Below, piece by piece: positions 58,706-64,000 of a stretch of 64,000 nucleotides of DNA; position 1 is the stretch's first letter; the number at the start of each line of letters is the position of its first letter. Made by a program: the position numbers and the translations under genes. The notes under the pieces are model-generated. The model did not search any database and was not told the DNA's origin. It worked only from the letters and a program-made list of their open reading frames with translations. Source of the DNA: Candidatus Thorarchaeota archaeon (GTDB taxonomy: Archaea; Asgardarchaeota; Thorarchaeia; Thorarchaeales; Thorarchaeaceae); NCBI GenBank assembly GCA_019057475.1, contig DXJO01000038.1:1-64000 (forward strand). The letters run 5' to 3'.

Positions 58706-59251
58706 TTGAGGATTATGAAGCGCGAGTTGAAGCCTTCCACGGCATTAGTTCCTTGTCCTGTTGTCCTCCTTAGTGTCACGGGAGAGGAAAAACCCAACAT
58801 AATCACGCTCTCTTGGGCTGCAAATGTATGTAGCAAGCCACCCACAATTGCAGTTGGCATAAGGCAAAATCGTTACAGCCACAAGATGGTGCAAGAAGCT
58901 GGTGACTTCGTCTTGAACATACCCTCAGCCAAGCAGATTGAGGCGACTGTGTTCTCCGGCACGAAGTCAGGCCGTGAATTTGACAAGTTTGCAGAGTGTG
59001 GATTCACAGCTGCAAAAGCATCCAAAGTAACATCACCAATGATAGAGGAGTGCCCAATCAACATAGAATGCAAGACAACGCAGATAGTTGGACTTGGATC
59101 TCATGATTTGTTCATTGCCGAAGTTGTTGCGGTACATATAGACGAATCAGTACTAGGAGAGAAAGGGCGTCTGGATCCTTCAAAGGCACGCTTTTTCACC
59201 TATCTACCACTGATAGGCAAGTACTGGACATTGGGAGAACAACTGCCCTAG
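58706..59251 (+). CDS. flavin reductase family protein
   Basis: NIITLSW, GTKSGR..DKF, ECPINIEC, GSHDLFIAEV. Confidence 0.92.
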   Translation: MRIMKRELKPSTALVPCPVVLLSVTGEEKPNIITLSWAANVCSKPPTIAVGIRQNRYSHKMVQEAGDFVLNIPSAKQIEATVFSGTKSGREFDKFAECGFTAAKASKVTSPMIEECPINIECKTTQIVGLGSHDLFIAEVVAVHIDESVLGEKGRLDPSKARFFTYLPLIGKYWTLGEQLP

Positions 59252-59517
59252 ACCGCTTCAACCTCTAGCTCTATTTCCGCCTCTGATTCTTCGCACGATT
59301 CAGAAGAAACGTAGGCACCAAAGGGAATGTGACTATGGGCGAGGAATATATCGAATGTTATTCCCGCGAGAAAACTCCAAGAAAAAAATGATTCAATCGA
59401 TGCTGTACAAGTCTGCCATGCACTCCATCCATCTGAGCCAGGCGTCTCCTGCTTCATGGTGGAGTTCCAGCTCATTCAGATTCGGAGCAATTTACGTGGA
59501 ATTGTTGTTCCCAGACA

Positions 59518-60660
59518 TCAGCTAAGTATTGCCTCCAGATAATAGAGCAACATCTGATTTAGAAAGAATGTAACCAGTATCAGTGCTAGAGCACCAACAG
59601 CTTTCAACATCAGTGTGAGATCCGAAGGCCATGTCTTCATTTTCTGGACTTGCTCGAATAATTGGGTCAACTGCAGACTCACAAGTGTCAGCTGTTGAGA
59701 CGGAGGATCATTCTTCATTGGCGAAGTTGCCAAGTACCTCCTGATATCAGAGAGCACTGTATTGACCTCGTTGCTGACTTCCCCTAGGTGTTTCCTCTTC
59801 TCCTCATCGAGCACCTTGTGAATATAATATTGAGGAGCAAGAAAGAACACGCAGATCGTTCCCACAGCCATGATGAGTCCTAACGCGGGTATGAAAGCTG
59901 TTAACGGGTTCGCTTGACCCACTGTATGAACAACATAGACAAGAAGCGGCATTATCAACAGCAGCAGCGTGGAATACATGAACACACCTTGGAGGAGCAC
60001 TTCAGAGAAGGTAACAAGTCCGCCGGCTCGATCGGGTGATATTGGTTCCACGGAGATTTTCAAAGTTCTCCCAATCTCTTTTGAAACCGAAATAATTACG
60101 AGGCCTATCCAGATTGCTATTCCAAACATTGGCAGCATGACCAGGCTGAACTCCACAATTGCAAGGTACAACCATGGAAACGAGAATGGAGGAAAGGGAA
60201 GAAGACCGTTAGGCATGGTCGGCATGACAAAGAGAAAAATCGAAGCGATCGCGAGAATGACGAAAGGTATCCCGGGCAAAATACCCCTTGGGCTGCTCAA
60301 CCGTTTGAATATACCATTGAGATATTCTTCGAATTCATCATCCTCAATCACAAAGACATACCTAATCTCTCTAATTTTCATCTCTAATGTCCTGTAGTAG
60401 CTATCTAGGAAATACAGACCCACTGCTATAATCAATGAAAAATCCAACTGGGCAAGATGGATAAACGAGAAGAATATGTCTGCCAGATTTCCTGTAGATG
60501 CAGCCACTACCAAGAAGATTAGGTACGTTGTAGCCCAGACCACCAAGATAGATTGTCTGAGTGTAAATGGGCCCTTCGAAAGAACCGCAATTATTGGGTG
60601 CGCTCTATTTTGATTCACAGACGACCCCAATTGCACACGATTCCGCTCCCGGATATTCAT
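59518..60660 (-). CDS. hypothetical multi-pass membrane protein
   Basis: About 7 hydrophobic segments; PDRAGGL and TWP motifs. Confidence 0.7.
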   Translation of the reverse strand: MNIRERNRVQLGSSVNQNRAHPIIAVLSKGPFTLRQSILVVWATTYLIFLVVAASTGNLADIFFSFIHLAQLDFSLIIAVGLYFLDSYYRTLEMKIREIRYVFVIEDDEFEEYLNGIFKRLSSPRGILPGIPFVILAIASIFLFVMPTMPNGLLPFPPFSFPWLYLAIVEFSLVMLPMFGIAIWIGLVIISVSKEIGRTLKISVEPISPDRAGGLVTFSEVLLQGVFMYSTLLLLIMPLLVYVVHTVGQANPLTAFIPALGLIMAVGTICVFFLAPQYYIHKVLDEEKRKHLGEVSNEVNTVLSDIRRYLATSPMKNDPPSQQLTLVSLQLTQLFEQVQKMKTWPSDLTLMLKAVGALALILVTFFLNQMLLYYLEAILS

Positions 60661-61084
60661 TGATACCGCCCCTTTTGTATCTCACGTTCCATGGTAGTTG
60701 GCCAGTGAAATCGTGTCACATGCCCAGAATCCACCTCAAGTGTATTCGGAAAGGCGAAGAAAAGTACTACGAGCAAGCTGTTTCTATAAACAAATGGCCA
60801 ATATAATAAAAATACTAAACGCTACCTTTTCTTGAGAAACACTACGGCAATGATGACGATTGGCAGCATGAAGAAGGCAACCCTGGAGAGGGGCCAGGAT
60901 TGAATCCACTACATAGGGCAAGTGATTTATTACAAAGATGGCGTATTGTTATTTCGCGTTTTGGATTCATGAAAAGCCTCAAGTTCTTGGACGGCATTCG
61001 CTGCCAGTAGAAACCTAGTATCAGTCGAAACAAGCCATGTCAATCCAATGATAGATTATAGCGAAGCACAATTAATGGTCCAGG

Positions 61085-62314
61085 TCATTTCTTGCGAGTC
61101 GGATGCGACTTTGCTGATATAATGCAAATAACGTCTCGATCCTTGAGAGCGTGCTTGTCACTGATTTGCATCTTTGTCCGTGCATCGATGGCATGTATGA
61201 AGCTATCCATTAGATCTGTATGAATGACGCCAGCGAATTCCTTAGCTGTTATTCCTTTGGGCACCAAAAAGACATCTGGCAAGACGTTTCCATCCCCATC
61301 CGCAAGGGCATTGGCATCGTGCACGGGGTAGACAGTTATCATATCTAGGAAATCGAAAACGGCTTTGTTCAACAGGTTCTGTACACCAGTGCCTCCATGC
61401 TTCTTGAGAATCTCTTCTCTTATCTTCTCCAGCTGAGCCAGCTCGGCCTCATTGAGCACATCGGCTTTCGTTATCTCGAAATCATCATCGCCGGGGATGT
61501 AGCGAATCACACCTTTCTTGTCCAAATCCTTGAGCGCCTTTTCAGCCAGAGCGCTCACGGGAACGACCAGTAGCTCGGGAAAGGTCTCCTGCAGGCGCTT
61601 GAAGTTCTTTTCAGAAGTGGGCCTGTCAATCTTGTTGGCCGCTATGATTATCGGCTTTGCTATCCTCTGCAGAGTCCTGACGAATTCCTTTATCTCTTCT
61701 TCAGTCCAGTTATCTGCAGCTTCGGCCTTCAGTCCTGTGTCCCGAACTGCCTTGAGTATGTGTCCTCTGGATATCTTGAGCCCCGAGAGTTTCTCCAGAA
61801 GTAACTCATCGAGTTTCGCTCCTTCAGCTCTAACCCGCCCAACGATTCTCTTCCAGTCTTTCTGGACAATGGCTAGTGTCCACGCAGTAATCTCTTCCTC
61901 CAAGAACTTCACATCTTCAACGGGATCATGACTGCCTGCATCCATCTCTTGGCCCTCGGCGTCCAAGGCCCCGCTAGCGTCAACAATATGAATCAGAACA
62001 TCTGCCTGTCTAAGGTCGTCCAGAAACTGATTACCCATCCCCCTCCCCGCATGAGCACCTGGTACTAAGCCTGGCACGTCAATCATCTTGATGGGTACAA
62101 GCCTGATGCCATCAATACAGATCGAATTCTGTGGGTTATCTGTCACATCGAAGTCTCTACATGCGCACTGCGTTCGGACATGGGTCACGCCCAAATTAGC
62201 CTCGATTGTTGTGAATGGATAACTCCCTACCTTGAAATCGGTCATACAGGCTGCATTTGTGAAAGATGTCTTGCCACATGAAGGCTTGCCAACTATACCA
62301 ACACTGAATCCCAT
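61085..62314 (-). CDS. Obg-family GTPase/ATPase (archaeal YchF-like)
   Basis: GKPSCGKT, YPFTTI, DVPGLVPGA..GRGMGNQFL, NKID, TGS domain. Confidence 0.93.
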   Translation of the reverse strand: MGFSVGIVGKPSCGKTSFTNAACMTDFKVGSYPFTTIEANLGVTHVRTQCACRDFDVTDNPQNSICIDGIRLVPIKMIDVPGLVPGAHAGRGMGNQFLDDLRQADVLIHIVDASGALDAEGQEMDAGSHDPVEDVKFLEEEITAWTLAIVQKDWKRIVGRVRAEGAKLDELLLEKLSGLKISRGHILKAVRDTGLKAEAADNWTEEEIKEFVRTLQRIAKPIIIAANKIDRPTSEKNFKRLQETFPELLVVPVSALAEKALKDLDKKGVIRYIPGDDDFEITKADVLNEAELAQLEKIREEILKKHGGTGVQNLLNKAVFDFLDMITVYPVHDANALADGDGNVLPDVFLVPKGITAKEFAGVIHTDLMDSFIHAIDARTKMQISDKHALKDRDVICIISAKSHPTRKK

Positions 62315-62445
62315 CGTGACTCACTTCCCTTGTACATTACTAGATTGCTCACCCTACATGATAAATCATTACTCTAACGTCTAGATAACACGTTCTCCTC
62401 TCTCGGCAGTCTAAGCGCTTCTCTCGTTCCATACCGATGAGTTTT

Positions 62446-62485
62446 TATGAATCCAGATTCACAACCTAGTATGAATCCAGATTCA
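62446..62485. promoter_or_regulatory. tandem palindromic operator
   Basis: TATGAATCCAGATTCA occurs twice (62446-62461, 62470-62485); the first copy overlaps a TTTTTAT TATA-like box. Confidence 0.75.
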
Positions 62486-62503
62486 TTATACAGGGTGTGA
62501 AAA

Positions 62504-62977
62504 ATGGCGAAAATTTGTGTAACCTCTCAAGGTAACGACCTAGCTGCTCCTATCGATCCTCGGTTTGGTAGATGCGCTTACTTTATTATAGCCGACTCAG
62601 AAACCATGCAATTCGAGGCTATCTCTAACTCGGCCATGCGTGCCTCTGGCGGTGCCGGTATCCAAGCCGCACAGACGGTTGCATCAATGGGTGTGGAAGC
62701 CGTGATTACTGGTAGTGTTGGCCCAAACGCCTATCCCGCACTTCAGAATGCTGGCATTGAAATCATGACTGGCGTATCAGGCACAGTTAAGGATGCAATC
62801 GAGAGCTTCAAGCAGGGATCACTGACCAAGCTTGCTACTCCCGGACCGACCCAAAAGGGTTACGGAGTTGGAATGGGTGGCGGCATGGGTGGCGGTATGG
62901 GCCGTGGTGGCGGGCGTGGTCGCGGCGGAGGACGTGGTGGAGGACGTGGCGGCGGTGGAGGTCGCGGTAGGTGGTAG
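62504..62977 (+). CDS. NifB/NifX-family protein with Gly/Arg-rich tail
   Basis: DPRFGRCAYF, GGAGIQAAQ, GPNA. Confidence 0.9.
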   Translation: MAKICVTSQGNDLAAPIDPRFGRCAYFIIADSETMQFEAISNSAMRASGGAGIQAAQTVASMGVEAVITGSVGPNAYPALQNAGIEIMTGVSGTVKDAIESFKQGSLTKLATPGPTQKGYGVGMGGGMGGGMGRGGGRGRGGGRGGGRGGGGGRGRW

Positions 62978-63348
62978 AAATGACGAGTAAAGTCTTAATC
63001 CCAACTGATGATTCAGAAGGAAAAGTGGTTGCTGCGCATTTCGGTCGCGCTCAATACTTCACGGTATTTGATTTAAACGACGATGGTTCGGTTTCTGCTA
63101 AAACGGTTCATGCCAGTACTAGCGAACACTCAGGCGGTAGGGGACATGCGCACGATAATGTGCTGAACTACCAGCCTAACGTCATTATCGTAAGCGGGAT
63201 GGGCCCCCGAGGAATTAGAAGTTTCGAGAGTCAGAATATTGCTGTCCTTAGGGCAAACAGCCACTCAGTCGATGACGTCGTAGCCTCTTTTGTCAAGCGA
63301 GAGCTTGAAGAGCTCACGGAAGGCTGTGCAGACGCACATCACAAGTAG
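62971..63348 (+). CDS. NifB/NifX-family protein
   Basis: HFGRAQYF, GMGPR. Confidence 0.88.
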   Translation: MVEMTSKVLIPTDDSEGKVVAAHFGRAQYFTVFDLNDDGSVSAKTVHASTSEHSGGRGHAHDNVLNYQPNVIIVSGMGPRGIRSFESQNIAVLRANSHSVDDVVASFVKRELEELTEGCADAHHK

Positions 63349-63380
63349 ACAGCAATCAAATCGTGGAGAAGTGCATCCTG

Positions 63381-64000
63381 TTGATTGTTGCAGTGGCTAG
63401 TGGAAAGGGTGGTACAGGCAAGACCACCGTGGCAGTAAATCTTGCTCTTTCAATCGGAAGTGCAAGGCTGCTTGATTGCGATGTTGAGGAACCGAATGCG
63501 CATACTCTGCTTCATCCTGCAGACATAGAATCAGTTCCCGTACTATCTCCAACCCCAGTGATTGATTCTGAGAAGTGCACATTATGTGGCAAATGCGCTG
63601 AATTCTGCGAGTTCAACGCACTCTTTGTAGGAAAAACAGACGTTCTTGTCTATGAGGAACTCTGTCATTCTTGCGGTGGCTGCACACTTGTTTGCCCTGA
63701 GAAGGCTATCACCGAAGTCGGAAGGCAGGTCGGTGAAGTACACTCAGCTGACATTGGCGATATTAAGTTGGTCTATGGCGCCTTGAAGGTGGGAGAACCC
63801 ATCGCTACCACTTTGATTAAGGCAGTGAAGAATGAGATAGATCCAAAGGCTATCAATATCCTAGATGCTCCACCAGGAACTGCCTGCCCTGTGATCGAGG
63901 TCATGAGGGAGAGCGACTACGTGATCCTCGTTACAGAACCAACGCCCTTCGGACTTCACGATCTCGCGATGACTGTCGATGTAATTCAGAAACTGGGAAT
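63381..64000 (+). CDS. MinD/ParA-family P-loop ATPase with inserted ferredoxin (partial, runs off the window)
   Basis: Translated by hand: IVAVASGKGGTGKTTV, DCDVEEPN, CTLCGKCAEFC, CHSCGGCTLVCP, DAPPGTACP. Confidence 0.9.
   Translation, partial: MIVAVASGKGGTGKTTVAVNLALSIGSARLLDCDVEEPNAHTLLHPADIESVPVLSPTPVIDSEKCTLCGKCAEFCEFNALFVGKTDVLVYEELCHSCGGCTLVCPEKAITEVGRQVGEVHSADIGDIKLVYGALKVGEPIATTLIKAVKNEIDPKAINILDAPPGTACPVIEVMRESDYVILVTEPTPFGLHDLAMTVDVIQKLG

Noticed and set aside
59248-59475. 75-aa ORF
   Set aside because: No recognisable motif; cannot be distinguished from a spurious ORF
62870-62975. GGC/GGT-rich repeat
   Set aside because: Coding Gly/Arg/Met tail common in NifX-like proteins, not a DNA repeat element
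459-63582. Numerous short antisense or overlapping ORFs in the track
   Set aside because: Shadows of well-supported genes in another frame or strand

Overview
Archaeal chromosomal window. The gene content (PolD DP1, Orc1/Cdc6, PCNA, PriS, GINS, Csl4, TFS, RNase P proteins, eL15/eS1/uS15, HdrABC, acyl-CoA dehydrogenase, RDase-like protein) is most consistent with an Asgard archaeon such as Thorarchaeia; this taxonomy is inferred, not tested. Positions 1-22.8 kb are housekeeping, replication and transcription genes, with an IS5 element at the left edge, two tRNAs (one intron-containing), a non-autonomous IS607-type tnpB element in the cdc6 promoter and a free-standing LAGLIDADG-like gene. Positions 22.9-33.3 kb hold an Hdr/MvhD cluster, an acyl-CoA dehydrogenase and an SPS-like glycosyltransferase. 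The most unusual part is 33.3-51.2 kb. It contains (i) an unannotated ~230-nt structured ncRNA with a duplicated internal module; (ii) a ~13.3-kb accessory island bracketed by a ~280-bp direct repeat of a tnpB 3' end, carrying seven paralogous winged-helix proteins (two fused to PD-(D/E)xK or NDT/TIR-like effector domains), a HEPN/DUF4145-like protein, a 1646-aa PD-(D/E)xK protein and a 598-aa TnpB with a Fanzor-type rearranged RuvC site; and (iii) cargo genes stacked between successively shorter mvhD copies. Positions 52-64 kb are mostly housekeeping genes again. All calls come from reading the sequence and motifs by eye; no searches were run.
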